DNA of 64,000 bases from the human T2T-CHM13v2.0 reference genome, Homo sapiens, in assembly GCF_009914755.1 (NCBI RefSeq), contig NC_060931.1; one strand, written 5' to 3'. Position numbers and translations under genes: made by a program. Below the pieces are notes generated by a model. The model was not told the origin of the DNA. It did no database searches and saw only the letters and a program-made list of their open reading frames with translations. Below, piece by piece: positions 28,401 through 43,056 of the stretch. Position 1 is the stretch's first letter. Each line of letters opens with the position of its first letter.

Positions 28401-29859
28401 CACTTGAGTTTGGTAGACATGGATTTAAGGACAAAGCCTATCTCAGTACATTTCACTGTGGAGAGAAGCAGGACACAACTCCTTCGTGCAAAGTCTGATC
28501 TGAAAAAAAAAAAAAAAAAAAAGAGAGAGAACAGAAGGAGTAGAGCCAACCATATTCAATTTCTTCTTCAAAGAAAGTGGTCAGATAAGTCAACCTACTT
28601 CCAGTACAGAGAAGAAAGCCAAAGGACAGGGAAAAGCTGGAAGTATCTCTTTTCTGGGCTTTTTCTCCTTGGGAATGAAATAGTTGAAAATGTCCTTCCT
28701 TCTATGAAAACATGAAAAGGAGGGGTAGGTGTCCCCCTAACGTGTGGCATCGTTTAATAAGGCCCCAATGGGATATGCATTCTGCACACTGTACTACAGG
28801 ATTTCTTTAAAATACTTCTTAAAGAACCCATCCAATTTTATGCAAGTATTCAAAAGTCTCTAATGGGATTCATTTTAATTATTGTAACAGAAAAAGAAAT
28901 TCTTGGTCCCCAACATGGAAATCCAAGATGCAAGGAAATCATAGGCTCTGGTAAGTGCTTTCCAAAAATATATGTGAATTTTTTTTTTTTTTGGCTCAGT
29001 TGGAGTTACCTGATTCATAGGTCACTAGCAGGGGGCACGTCATTGTGGGTCCCTTCAGAGACTGTCCTCATGCATTCATCAGTCACACTTCCATATGTTA
29101 AGTATCACATAGAGCTGGAGCTACAGTACAAGGGAATTTGAACACAAAGGCCTGAAGTTGAAAGCCCCAAAACTGAAAATGCTCCAAGTAATCCATGACT
29201 CACCTTGTTTGTATAATTGCAACACACAAACATACAAGTTAATCCTGTCTGGAGTACAAAGATGACATGAGCCAACAACTTCATGGCTAAACTCCTGGTT
29301 GGGTCAAGATTCTGAGTACAGTACAACTGGCTTTGCAACAGTCAGATGATACTGTATCTGGGCTATCTGATATAGAAGAATATGTAGAGAGGAAATGTGA
29401 GTGGCAAAAAGAATATCGAATTCCCGGCCCAACCCAGAATATTCTAAGTGTTGGCAATAGTAGAGAAGGCTATGGCTGCTGAGACGTCCTTCCAACAATA
29501 AAATTGTCTCTTTATGAGATCTTCGAATGATAAAGTAAAGTTTTGCATTTAAATGTAATCAAGTTGTTTAAAAATACATAGCAATGGAAAATGTTAGGAA
29601 ATTCTACCTAAACACAAATGTGTAAAATGATAGTTAATTTTATTTTTGACATTAGTTTAGCATTCCAGCTAAACCTGGGTAAAATTTGAGATTTTAATGA
29701 GATGCTCATATAAGGAGAGCTAAATTTCAATATAGCTGTAGTTTTCCTATAGCAGAAACTGCTCATTTAATTCGACAGAAGAGCTATAAATTCAAGCATA
29801 AGTGCCAATACATACGGTAACAAAAAAAAATCATAAAAGAAACTCTCTTTCATATTTAA

Positions 29860-30208
29860 CACTGGTTCTCTGCCCCAACTACAATTAGATTCACTTGGGG
29901 AAATTTTTAAAAAATATTGATGCCTGGACGCCACTCCAGGTTAATTGTGTCATAATGAAATGGGGAGTGGGGGGGTGGGAAGGCACAGATGAAGCTCAGA
30001 AGCTCCTCAGGTGACCCTGTTCTGCACCACGATCTACAACGATTCTCAATCTTGCTGTACTTAGAATCACCTGGGGAAGAAACCGCTGCAGACCAAATTG
30101 CATCTTAGATCCATTAAATCAGAAACTTGGATTGCTGGATTCAGGTACAAGTATTTTTAAAGCTCCCTAAGTGATTATAATGTATAGCCAAAGTTGAGAA
30201 CTACTGCT
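29860..30208. mobile_element. Two adjacent MER5 (hAT-Charlie) MITE remnants
   Basis: ggttctc...cacttgggga and ttagaatcacctgggga...aaagctccctaagtgatt...gttgagaactactg. Confidence 0.72.
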
Positions 30209-30479
30209 TTGGAGCCACTGGTCTAATGGAACAAATTGCATTGATTTACTTCCCTTAATATTACTATGTATAACTAACTAAATAAGATGTATTATTTTAT
30301 GTTTCTTCTTAATATTGGCATAAACCAATAAATTAGTGTATGTATGTTTCATTGTTAGAAGAATATATGAATATTATTTTTGTACCAGATATTCCATCAG
30401 GAGCAGAAACGTTCACAGAAAAGGGGCACAAATTTTAGGGGCAGAGTAAGATGTGAACCATACAATCAGCTCTGAGCAT

Positions 30480-30770
30480 CCTCCTCTGCCCATTTGCCTC
30501 ATATGGTTTTAAGGATGGTAAGTGCAGATAAAGCTGTGAATGAGAAGAGGAACAGAGCAGTCATCATGGAACATGAGAGAGAAGCTATGTATTCAAGGCC
30601 CCAGAACCACAAGTAGAAGGAGCCTGGATCCCAGATAATTTTGTGGGTCCCATAGTCCTGAATTGCCTGCCCAGGCTTTAACATGAAAGAGAACAATTTC
30701 TCTATTTCATTTAAACCACAGTTATTACAGGGTCTCTTTCAACAGCCAAACCTATTACCTAACTAACACA
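30480..30770 (+). mobile_element. Old MaLR LTR remnant (MLT1-type)
   Basis: aaggagcctggatccc...tttaaaccacagttatt...cagccaaacctattacctaactaacaca. Confidence 0.45.
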
Positions 30771-32179
30771 AGTCATGACCAGGTAGTCTTGCTAACAGAA
30801 TATCTCATATTCAATTAAGTGTTTTAAATATATACCATTGTTACTGCACCTGAACAACCGAAAACTTCTGTGAGAAGACCAAAAATCTATACTTAGTAGA
30901 AATTTTCCTTCTTAATTTTAGCATCTACAGAAATGTGCCCCATATTTTGTCCTGTGAATGACTTTCAAAAGTTCAGACTTGTGTAATGCCCTATAAGTTG
31001 AACCAAATATTAATTTCTTTGCAATATATAAAGATTTTATTTAACATAGTGTAATATAAAGATAATATATGTCTAATGTAGTAGATGTCAAGTACAGTAT
31101 GTGTTTGGTATTTAGACCTTATAAAAAAAATTTTTCTAGCTCTTGTCTACCATGTAGGTAACATATTCCCATTTTATAAATAAAGCAATTCCAGAACATG
31201 TTTCAATTCTCTTAATTCCATGGTTTTTTCTATATTATCTCATGTTGCAGTTAAATTTAATTTCAAATTTATACTATTTTAAAATCATTATTGGTATTTC
31301 TGCAAATTGTAGTTAGTTTCCATTTGAAATTATTTTCCTCACAATTGTGCTTATGCTGCAATTCACAATGATGACACTGGATGGCACCAAATTTTACCTT
31401 TTAAAGTTGATTTTCCATTTAAACTATGACTGGTGCACAGCAAATATTTAAGTTACAGAACTTACTCAAAAACTGAATACTTTAATCACATAAATACAAA
31501 CCCTAATTCCCAAGTCAATGATAAAAACCAACATAATTGCACCACATGTTTGTAACTGAAGAAACAAATTATGTGCATAAATGAAGATTACAATTCTAAA
31601 GTGCTGACTGAAAGTGTATTGTATGTAATAACATCAATGGGTGTTTAAACTTGAAATTGTGTAAACCAAAGGAAAACTGTTCAAATACATGAGTCACAGC
31701 AAATTCTAGGAAACTTGTAGTATCAAGACAAAGAAAGTAATGCAAATATGCTCCAGTCATAAGATTTCAGGTTGGAGAATACCTAAAGCTTACTGCAACC
31801 ATCTATTTTCTTGGACAATCTACTCTGAGAGTTCACTCTGATGTTTCATGCCCTTGGTGAGTTTTCTAGTCTTGCCATGGTCCATAATTTTCATATCAGT
31901 ATGGCCGTCACTTGAAGGTAATAAGCCTTCAAGATGCAGTTCCTGGAAGATGAGTTCCTGGCTCAGGCTTCCTCTTTCCTCTTCCCTCTGAAGGGAATTT
32001 ATACATTGAATCCCAAATTGTATATGCTGGCTGATTGTGCATCATAACCAGTCTTTGCACACACTACCACTCAAAAATTAAGTGCACAAGAGAAGGAGGA
32101 AAACCAGAAGAGTATAATACAATGGAAGGCAAGATAAGAACCTTGTGAGACTACTACTTTCTTCCAATTGAGCAGACCA

Positions 32180-32345
32180 TTAGCTGGGCGTTGTGGCGGA
32201 TGCCTGTAATCTCAGCTACCGGGAGGCTGAGGCAGGAGAATCGTTTGAGCCCTAGAGGTTGCAGTGAGCACGAGATCATGCCACAGCACGGCAGCCTGGG
32301 CAACAGAGCAAGACTTCGTCTTAAAAACAAACAAACATAAAACAA
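32180..32345 (+). mobile_element. Alu right arm (5'-truncated)
   Basis: ttagctgggcgttgtgg...gaggcaggagaatcg...A/AAAC tail. Confidence 0.9.
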
Positions 32346-32369
32346 GCAATTAGACCAAAAATATTTGTA

Positions 32370-32665
32370 ATTGTCCTTGACTCCTCTGTTTTTCTCACAT
32401 TGCAGACCCAATCCACTAGCAGAGCTCATTGACTGTCTTCAAACATGCACAGTACAGGTCACTTCACTCCACTTCCTCTACTATAACTCCAGTCTAAGCC
32501 ACAATCACTTCTTGCCTTGGTTATTTCAATGGTGTCATAACTGGTCTTGCTGCTACCACCTTGCTTCCCCCAACCACTGTCAACACAGCTACCACAGTGA
32601 TCCTGTTAAATGTGATGTATCACTCTGTTGTTCAAAGTCCTTCAATGGCTTTCTCATCTTCATTG
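32370..32665 (+). mobile_element. L2 fragment
   Basis: tccttgactcctct...taactggtct...cagtgatcctgttaaatg...ccttcaatggctttc. Confidence 0.7.
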
Positions 32666-32925
32666 GTTGGAAAAAATATGACTTTTTAGGTTAAATCTTT
32701 ATATTTCCTTATGGCAAAAATATGCATTGTCATTGTAATGAAATCCATCATTTCTAAAATGGATAATATAGTGAAATTCCCAGATAACTTTCTCATCCTA
32801 GTAAATACTACTGTTGATAGATTGATACGGATACACATTTTATACAAATGGGATTGTAATATAATATTCTTCTGCAAATTACTTTATTGGCTTAACTTTA
32901 TATCTTTGGACATTGCTCTATGCCA

Positions 32926-32927
<2 letters not shown>

Positions 32928-32995
<68 letters not shown>
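32928..32995. repeat. (TA)n(CA)n compound microsatellite in an old antisense L1ME fragment
   Basis: Seen directly; flanks (about 32830-33215) resemble antisense L1ME. Confidence 0.92.
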
Positions 32996-34229
32996 TTACC
33001 TCACTTTATTATCTGCAGCACAGTGGTTCATTGAATGGTTTTGCTGTGATTTAATTCACCAATATCCAATATATGGACATTGGATTTAGTTTAGAAAGCT
33101 TTTTAACAACAGTACTGCAGTGATCATCACTGCATAAGCATTTTTTTATACATATGAGTATATGTCTGTGGGTAAAGTCCTAGAAATGAAATTGCTGGGC
33201 CACAGGGTGTAAGAGACATAAATTAGTGTGATTGCCTTAATTCTCCTAGTTGCCATATCTATTCTCCAGTCCTTCTTGTAAGGAAAACCTCTTCTTCTTC
33301 CCAGTTCTTCTCAGGTTTTACATGGAAATCACAGTGTTTTGATATGCCCCTCGTATCCCCTGGCCATGGCAGAGTTGATTCTCTCCATCCTGTAGATGAG
33401 ATTAATGAGTCTCAAAGAGCTATGGTAAATGGACAGATTCCACATGTTTAGTGAGTGTATGAAATAAAAGTCAAATCAAAGTCCATATGAACACAAAAGT
33501 TGCGTTCATTATCCTGTGTTGTGCTTTTATACATATATAAATAATTCTGTTGAAAACATCTGAATATGGAAGCTAATTGGCTTCTATGGGACTCGAGATC
33601 TAGACTCTGGTTAAGTTTGTGCATTTCTGAGCAAGAATAAAGGAGAAAGTCCCAACCCTTGCATCTAAATATTTTGGCTTCACAGTAATACAAATCAATG
33701 CTTCCCAATATTCATGGACTGAGTATTTTACATTTCATCTGGATGTTTGGGGGTGGTGGAGAACAACAGAATGTGATTGAGCACATACAGTGCTCCAAGA
33801 GAGATGTTTCTGTTCATTGTGGCATTTGTAATTCGAGGAAGAAAAACTGGTAGCAATAGAAACATTCATTTATTTGGGCCAGATAAAGCACTCAGATACT
33901 GTTGATATTTATAAGCCATAATATAGTTGTAGCGATAAGGCAAAAATAAGGCTGCGAAATTCCTTGTGTTACATGGGACATGTTTCAAGGAGAGATGTTT
34001 GTTTCTCTGTGGCAAAATTTTCTATTACTCTTCTCTGAAATCACTGTGGTCTGGAGCAACCTTACCCATCCAATCCCCATGTGGTTCTCAAGCAGACAGT
34101 ATTGCGTGTGGAGCAAACCTATAAAGTGAGTCAATCTGCTTCAACACAGCCCCTTTCTTAAAGTATATATATTTCCTGTTATAATAAAACCAACATCAAC
34201 ATGAGATGATGATAAGGATGATGATGATA

Positions 34230-34430
34230 AGAAGAGTTAACATATACTGAGCATCTATAGTTATGCCCAGGCACCATGGTCTATGGCCATAACCTTATCA
34301 AATGTTCTTAACATTATGTGAAACATGTATCATTATTACCCTCATTTTACAGAAGAGAATACAGAGTTCCTAGTAACTGCCCAGATAAACATAGGATCAT
34401 GATTCAAATCTAAATCAGCCAGATTCTTAA
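34230..34430 (-). mobile_element. MIR
   Basis: ccctcattttacagaagag...gtaactgcccagat...atgattcaaatc. Confidence 0.65.
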
Positions 34431-36059
34431 TGCCCTTGTTCTCATAATGCCCTCTTATGTTGCCCCCAAAGAGGCCAGAGGCCACAAGGACTTGTCCTTC
34501 TCCATGTTCCAGATTTCTCCATGCCTTCCACTTCACTCAGATAGGAATTGGCCAGCTCTGTGCCTTAGCTCTGGGCTGGAGAAGTTTTATTAACTAATCT
34601 CATGGTCCAAAATGTATTCAGTTAATAGATTCTAATGTTTGTTTCAAACACAATTATATGTATTTGACATAATTGTCTTGATGTAATGATGTAATGTCTT
34701 GAAGTAAGAAATGCAGCCTTGATGCTGAGGCTTTCAGCTCTGTGGCCAGGAGATATGTCTGGCAGACAGATTTACAATGTCCAAAAGACATTCCCAGTGA
34801 GAAGGTAGGAAGCAGAGGGAGAGGAAACAGCAGAAGAAAGCCCCCCTCTGCAGGCCACTTCTACCCCAGGCCTCTTCTTGCCTTGCTGTAACACTGCCTC
34901 ACTAAATCAATCTCTTACTCCAAGCACTGTACCAAAATCAACTCTCTTACTCCATATTTTTATTCAATTCAATTTATCTCCTGAACCCCCGGAAATATGC
35001 TGGAAGTGTTCAGAAAATATGTTGAAACTTCAGGTTACATGAAACAGGCTAGTCATGAATAGGACCTCCCCCTATATTAATGCTTGAGTTCCTTATAACT
35101 GAGGGTCAATGAAACCTCAATCTCCAAGGATTTTTTTTAATTGTATGGTGCTTATTATCTCCTCCCAGAAGTCCTCTCCAGTTTGTATGCATCTAACTTG
35201 GAGTAATTCTACCTAGAAAGAGAAATGGACTTCCATATTTCTTGAGGATGGATGCTTTATGTTGCTTTGTAAGCTCCCTCACGTGTTTCTTTAATGTCTG
35301 TATTGTATTTCTATATTGTTCAGGATTCTTGATTGAAAATAACTGAAAGACAGTTCCGACTAACTTAAAAAAATAACTCGGAAGTTCAAGGGATGACCAT
35401 ACAGGTACAGCTGAATTCAGGGGCTCCAGTGATGGCATCAGCCTACGTCTCTCCTACCATCTCTCACCTCTGCCACCTTCTGTGTTCGCTTCCTTCTCAA
35501 ACATTTATTTTTTATGAGACGATCCGAGGGATGAGCAGCTCAGGTTTAAATTTTGCTAGTGTAACAATTCATGGACATTTTTTTCCCCAGTAGCTCTAGC
35601 AAAAGTTTCAGAATTCCTTGAGCTGTTCTCATGCCCAGATTTGAAGCAATCACAGTAGCTAGAATGTGAACACATCCAAAAGGCCAGTCCTATGACATGT
35701 ATGCTTGCCTGTGGGCGAAACCCAATGCAGCATATGAATTGAGAGTGGAGTGGTCAAGTCCTCAACAGGTAAGAAAGAATGCTGGACAAGAAGAAAAAAA
35801 AAAGGACTTTACAATGTTTGTGTCTTAATCAGACTGTGACTTATCAAATGCAAGGGCTACATCTAATAATATCTATTCCTTGAATAATACCCAAAACAGT
35901 GCTATATATAAAAGCTCATAAATAAACTCATATTTACACATTTTCTAGCTTCCTCGATTTAGTGTATTAAAAGTGGCCTTTATCTAGATCAAAAGATACA
36001 TTGCTTTCCCTTAATAAGTTGCTGTTTAAATTACACTAACATCCTTGAGTAAAAGTCAT

Positions 36060-36240
36060 GTATAAGGCACTATACTCAGTATTGTAATGCATATTATTTC
36101 ATGTGATAATTAGTCCAATCTTGCGGGTAACTATTGTTATTTATTTCTTCAAAGGAGGAAACTGAGGTTCAGAGGGTTAAGTAATTTGCTCAAAGTTTCA
36201 CAGTTAATAAATGATGAAGCTTGAGAAGCTGTTTGATTCT
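36060..36240 (-). mobile_element. MIR
   Basis: MIR core gaggaaactgaggttcagagggttaagtaatttgctcaaagt. Confidence 0.8.
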
Positions 36241-36619
36241 AATACAGAATTATTTCCGCTAGACTGGAGGTGGACATTTAGAGACCACAGACTTGTTTGG
36301 ACAGAAAAATATGTTAAAATATTGAATTGACATACTTTCAGGAGCATCATGTAATCACCTATTTATGATAAAAACCAATCTCCGTTGACTTACCACTGAC
36401 TTTATCATACATTTATGATACCTGCATGGTGTCCAGAAGCTTTTGAGTTTGGGCCCAGCACAAGAGCACACTGGAATTTAGAGAAAGAAGAAATTATTTG
36501 TGCTCTGTTGTCTTGCATGAGTGTGATTTTCTTGCTAAAAGTACAATAATTACACACTTTTGAAAATTCCATCTGAATTGCATAGTATTGATGCAGTCAC
36601 TGACAAAAAGAAAAATATA

Positions 36620-37180
36620 ACAAAATACAGAAGAAAAAAGATAAATGTATATGATAAAAGTGGCATTCTAATCAGTAGGAAAGGATTAACTATTCAATAA
36701 ATAGTGTTATCACAACCTGATGATACATTTTGGGGAAAAAAACTAAATTAGATTCTGCTTCACACTATATGCAAAAGTAAACTCGAAAAGTACTAAGATA
36801 CTAAAAGAAAATATTGAAAAGATATTGTTATAATTTGAGGATGGGGAAAATCTTTGTAAGGAAGTCATGAAAGAGCTATAAAAAAAAAAGACTGGAATAT
36901 TTGCCTAGATAAAACAAGGAGCTTTCATTTGTTGGAAAGCATTACAACCCTATAACAAACTATAGCACACAAAGAGTGCTTGTAAAACTGGTGAAATCAG
37001 AATTAGCTATGTGGAAGGTACCAATGTCAATTTCTTGATTTTGATAGTGTTACCTTAGTTACGCAAGATGTTACCACTGGTGGAAGCTGGGTGAAGGGAG
37101 CACAGTATCTCTGTGTATTTTGTGGCACAGTTTACTGTGTATCTGTAATTGTTTCAAAATAAAAAGTTAAAAAATGAAAA
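36620..37180 (+). mobile_element. Old L1M fragments, including an L1MC/MD-type 3' end
   Basis: ctattcaataaatagtgtt (ORF2) and caatgtcaatttcttgattttg...tcaaaataaaaagttaaaaaa (3' UTR). Confidence 0.65.
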
Positions 37181-39329
37181 TAAATGTGTGGGTATTTGCA
37201 GAACAATTTTTTAAAACTTGTGTTTAGTTGTGGGACATGATAAATACGTGGGTATCTGTAGAGGAGAAAAGCAAATGAAGAAATGTAATAGTTCCATAAA
37301 ATAGCATTGCTAAGAGAAGCCCGGGTTCTGAAGTCAGGAGAACAGGGATGGAACCCTCATAGTACCTACCACATACAGATTATTATGAGAATTACATGAG
37401 CTAACTCACTCATTTAAGCTATAAAGCACTCAACTCAGTACTTGGAAAATAGTAACTATCCAATACAGGTTAATTATAATTAAAATTATATTTAGTCATA
37501 TTTAAATGTATTCTGTAAATGAATACCTTCATAATTTTGGATTTTTGTTATAGTTCTGAACCTGGTACAAGTATAAAAATGCAATGACAGCTATTTCAAC
37601 CTCATTTTTGTACTAGAAAATAATTTATTAAATCCTTCATAGGAAACCATTGGAGCTCTAATTTTCTTCACTCACTAGTTCACAGCATGTTGGAAAGTGT
37701 ATTATGCTATTGGTTATTTACTCTTGGAATTTCATTCACACTGTTCTCACGAAGTATTGCCAAGGGGAAGAGATGAAAAACAGAATTGTGAATCTTTTTT
37801 ATCCAGATGTCACTGCTAACTCCATCTCTGAACACTGGTGATATTAAAGACTAAAGTGAGTCGTTAAAATGTGACCTTTAAATTACACAATCTTTTTATT
37901 AAAAAAGATTATTTACTCAAAAGGCAGTGAGGAGCCCACAGCCCACTGCTGTTTATAGCATTTTCTAATACAGGCAAGTTTCTGTCCTAGAGAAAAAAAC
38001 ATGAACGGACTAGATATTGGAATGACCAATGAAACCACATGGGCGTGACTGTAACAGAAAACTTGGTAAAGGGTAAAGTCACAATTGCTAAATGTTACTG
38101 ACCAGTCTCATGATCATCAAGACATCAGATATCCTGCAAGCACTGTTTTCAGAATGGAGTACTAAAAGCTAAGATTAGATGAAGATGATCACCAGTGGGT
38201 GAAAGATGACATTAATAAAATTTAGGAGGTTTAAAATTCTTCATGCAAGTCAATCAGTTCATCAGCCCAAACTGCTTTACCACTGAATTTTTAAAAACTG
38301 GAATTAGAAGTTATATTTTTCTTTAAAACTTCAGATGCAAAAACATGAACAAGATCTAAAATTAAGGAACTGTCAAACACCACATTATAGTTAATTGTGA
38401 GAAAGAATTTTTAAAACTTTTTTCAGGAACACTGGGGAATGCTAAAATGATGAATTTCAGGTTGTATCAAAGAGGACACTTTCCCATAATATCTGAGGCC
38501 TGCCACAAGGGAAGAGGGGCAGGGAGCAGCTCTTTTCCAATAAAAGGAAGGATTTGCAATGTCTTACCTCTATTATTAATTATCCTGGCATCCTGGCATT
38601 TGATATTTGCTATACCTGATTTGTGAAAGTTATTAAAATCTCAAGGAAAACACTATCAATTCCAATTTGAAGTGCCCAAACTTGTCAGCTTATCTGGTTT
38701 TATTAAAAACTCAAATCTGTCCCTCAGCTTATTTTCACCCAACTCTGTGATTAAGCTGCTCTGGGCACTGTTCCCAGTGCCCATTGAAGAATGTCTCTCG
38801 ACATAAACTACAACTACTATTTATTAATATTGGTCACGACTCTTCTATTAGTAAGAGTTAGAACTCTGACTCAAACCAGCTTAAAAAATAAAACAAAAGG
38901 AATTATATAAATTCATATAATTATTAGTGTCTTAAGAAACTAACGTTCACTTAATCCTGGACCTGCTTTTCCATTCTGTCATTTTAACCTATAAAATGTG
39001 ATACATTACTTCACTGTTATTTACCAGAATTTTCTATAAAAATATAAGCTAATTATTCATCACTATGGCATATACTAGGTAACTTATTAATGATAAAAGC
39101 TGTATAAAGCAACTACATTGGTTAATGGAAAAAAAAAAAAGATCCAGAATAATGGAGCCCCGTAGTCACTTGCCCCACCTAAATTAATCACTTTGGCCCA
39201 GGATGGGACACTCTGATTGACTGAGCCTGAATCATGTGCCAAAGTCATGTGCCCCCTCAGATGAAGGGAGAGGGCTGCTAAACAGACCTTAAAACGTATC
39301 TAACTTTAAAAAAAAGAAAAGAAAACTAA

Positions 39330-39560
39330 CTAATATGTTTATTAGGCACTTAAAAAAATGTGCCAAGCACTGTAATTAGTAAGCATTTTACCTATAGGAT
39401 TGCTTTTCATCCTTACATCATCCCCAATAGTTAGGTATTATTCTTTATAGATGATAACTTTGAGAATTAAAGAGTTAAGTAACTTCCCCCAAGGTCTCAC
39501 TGCCAATGAGTGGAGGTATTGAGACCTAAACCTAGGCGGTCTAAGTCCCACTTGACTGTT
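39330..39560 (-). mobile_element. MIR
   Basis: tgtgccaagcactgt...gagttaagtaacttccccaaggtctcac. Confidence 0.7.
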
Positions 39561-39605
39561 AAACTGTGCTTCTGACAGCAATGTCACAGCCTTCTCTTTG
39601 TCTTC

Positions 39606-39651
<46 letters not shown>

Positions 39652-39932
39652 TGTGACAGAGTCTCACTCCATCACCCAGACTGGAGTGCAGTGGTGCAAT
39701 CTTGGCTAACTGCAACCTCCGTCTCCCAGTTTCAAGCCATTCTCATGCCTCACCCTCCTAAATATGGGACTACAGGTGTGCGCCACCACACCCAGCTAAT
39801 TTCTGTATTTTTAGTAGAGATGGGTTTTCACCATGTTGGCCAGGCTAGTCTCAAACTCCTGACCTCAGGCGATCCACCTGCCTCAGTCTCCCAAAGTTCT
39901 GGGATTATAGGCATGAGCCACTGCGTCCGGCC
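39606..39932 (-). mobile_element. AluS with (TTA)n tail microsatellite (39606-39651)
   Basis: Full dimer; TSD gtcttct(a/g)ttatt. Confidence 0.93.
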
Positions 39933-41529
39933 AGTCTTCTGTTATTTTTGTATATAGTAAACATACACAGTCCCTTTAGTCTTCAAATATAATATTTGGT
40001 CTTCACCTTTTTCCTATAAAATATGGAAGTAAGTTTGATAATCTGATCTACTGATTGAGAGTATTATGATGAGGTGGGTTCTGGGAGCACAATTTACATG
40101 AGAGAGGAGACTAAAGCAGTAAGATGTCTAGCAAAGACTAGATCCCTGTGCTGAAGCAAAGAGCATCATGGAGCTGAGTGCTCACAAGTTCTTGAAGAGA
40201 GCAAGACAGGAGAGGCATCCCAACAACAGCAAGTCCCAGTCAGGGGTGAAACAAACAATGATAAGAATGTGGAGGGGTTTTCAATTTCTGATATGATTAT
40301 TTGCTCAGCACATTCATTCTGGAGCTAAACTGAGAATATTTAAACCCTCATTCATGTTGTCATCAGTATTATTGCTCAGATTCTGTGTGGCAAATCAGCT
40401 TTAGTCGTCTTTTTACATCATCTGAGCATCCAAATTAATGACTACTGAAAACAGAGTCAGTGTAGGGATAACAGCATGCATTTGGGGAATGAAAGAAAAC
40501 CTCAGGGCATCATAAATAACACAAGGGCAGGACAAATACAATCAAAGCTTCCTTGTTTGCAGTTTTTGACCATAACACTAATGGAATAGCCCCTAAGATG
40601 ACATGTGAAGGGGTTATACCAAACTCTTATCAAACTTTTCCTTCAGATATTTCCCATATTAACCAGTTCTTAATTGGTATTCCAGAGATAGTAACATATT
40701 TTATTATAAGCTTATATCGAAGCATAAATATTATTCAAGGTACATGCATAATAAGGTGATAAATGACTTATCCAGAACTTCACTTAAATTAAATTAACAT
40801 TGAGAGTGGAGTTTTCCTTTTTCAAAAGAGTTCCACGCAATCTACTGCTTTCCCCCTGCTGAGAGTGCTAATTTATTTTTTCTTTGCTAGAAAACCAGGA
40901 GACGGTCTTAAGACTGGGTTTTTTATTTATTAATTTCTTTCATTGATTCTAAGATACTTTAACAACAACTGTGCATCAGTGGATACAGTATTTTCAAGCT
41001 ATTTAATGTAATGTCAGACAGTATGTTTCCTAGTAGAAAGAGAATCCCTTTGGAGTGTTAGGCAGTTTGCCTCTCTGTATAAGACTTAAAAATACAAACA
41101 GTAGCAATTATTTATCACAGCCTCAGAAGCCTAGTTGTTGGATGGAAGTCTTTGCTTAACAAAGGACACGTGCAGAGTAATGTTCATTTTCCAGATTTTT
41201 TACTCAGAAAGCAATTCAAAGTGAGCATGTCCAAGTAAAATATTTATCATTATTAGTAGTTATTTAGGACTTTTCTCTCATTCTTCGAAGCTTTAAAACT
41301 CAAGGAGAGAAAAATAAGCACTCCTCTGCTTGTCAAAGGTATTTTATATTATAGCTAGTAAGTACAGACACCCATTAAGTGACTTATCTGTGTCTCCATG
41401 ACCATCCAATTGTGATTTGTCATCAGCATTCTCTTCCTTCTCATTTTTTCCAAATAGGCATAAGGCAAGACTCCAATCCACAAACTGCTTGTGTTCTAAA
41501 AATTAATTTGTAGATAAATACTGCTAGAG

Positions 41530-41690
41530 CAGGATAACTAGTTGTGTGATTTGGGGCAAATGATTTAGTGTCTCTGAGTTTAATTCTTCGTATACAAAAT
41601 AAGCCTAATTTCTAATTTACAGGATTATTGTGAAGATTTAGTAAGATAATGAATATAACGTATTTAGTACACTACCTAGCAAAGAATGAA
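41530..41690 (+). mobile_element. MIR
   Basis: ctagttgtgtgatttggggcaaatgatttag...ggattattgtgaagatt. Confidence 0.7.
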
Positions 41691-42171
41691 TGTGAGATGG
41701 AATATAACCTACAATGGTCAATTTGAGAGATATAAACATTGAAACCAAATGTTATATGTGTCAATATCATATCTTGGAGTCAAGAATATGCAGGTCATTT
41801 TTTCAAGTAAGTTTCTTATTGAGAAATACATATAGTAAAACACAGAAGTCATAAATGTAACTCAATAACCACACGTAGCTCAATAGCTCAATAAATTCTT
41901 TAAATATAAACACACCCGCATAACCAAATCAAGAACTAGAAGCAGTGTTCCAGAAGCCCACTCCCTTGTTCTTTCTCCCAGTCACTACCACCTTCTTAAA
42001 GGTAATCAGTATTCTGACTTCTGAATTAATTGTTTAATTTTAATATCTCTGGGTTGGAATGATCTTGAGCACCTTATTATAGGCTTATTGATCATTTGGA
42101 TATCCTCTTTTGTGAAGTACCTGTTTACCTTATTTGTCCAGCTGTCTATTAGTTGATCATTTTCTCATTGA

Positions 42172-42495
<324 letters not shown>

Positions 42496-42762
42496 TAAAT
42501 ATGTTGTACTTTTGATGTCTTTATCAGATATACGGATGTAAATTTTTTCCCTCTGAACCTTGTCTTTTACTTCCTTAATGACTTTTCTAAATAAATAGAA
42601 GTTCTTGATTTTAATGTGGTCTAATTTACCAATTTTTTCATTTTTATTTACAAGCCACATGAGTAACAACATTAGAAACAAACAACAGATTGAGACAATT
42701 AACGGCTTCATAGGTTAAGATATGTGAGATATAATTACTAGATGGAAAATACCTAAAAAATA

Positions 42763-43056
42763 GGCCAGGGGTGATGACTCATGACTGTAATCCCAGCACT
42801 TTGGGAGGACATGGTGGGAGGATTGCTTGAGCCAAGGAGTTCAAGACGAGCCTGGACAATAAAGCAAGATCCCATCTCTATAAAAAAAAGTTAAAAATTA
42901 GCTGGGCATGATGGTGGTAGTCCCAGCTACTTGGGAGGCTGAGGTGGGAGGATCACTTGAGCTCAGGAGTTATAGGCTGCGGTGAGTCATGGCCACACCC
43001 CTACACTCCAGCCTGGGCAACAGAGTGAGCCCATCTCTTAAAAAAATAAAATAAAA
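42763..43056 (+). mobile_element. AluJ
   Basis: J-type ggaggattgcttgagcc and aggctgcggtgag; A/AAAT tail. Confidence 0.92.

Noticed and set aside
28474-28522. Short sequence ending gtctgatctg plus A20, resembling a retroposed C/D snoRNA end
   Set aside because: No box C, no match to a small RNA that I recognise, and only a loose gagagaa flank repeat; treated as a plain poly(A) tract.
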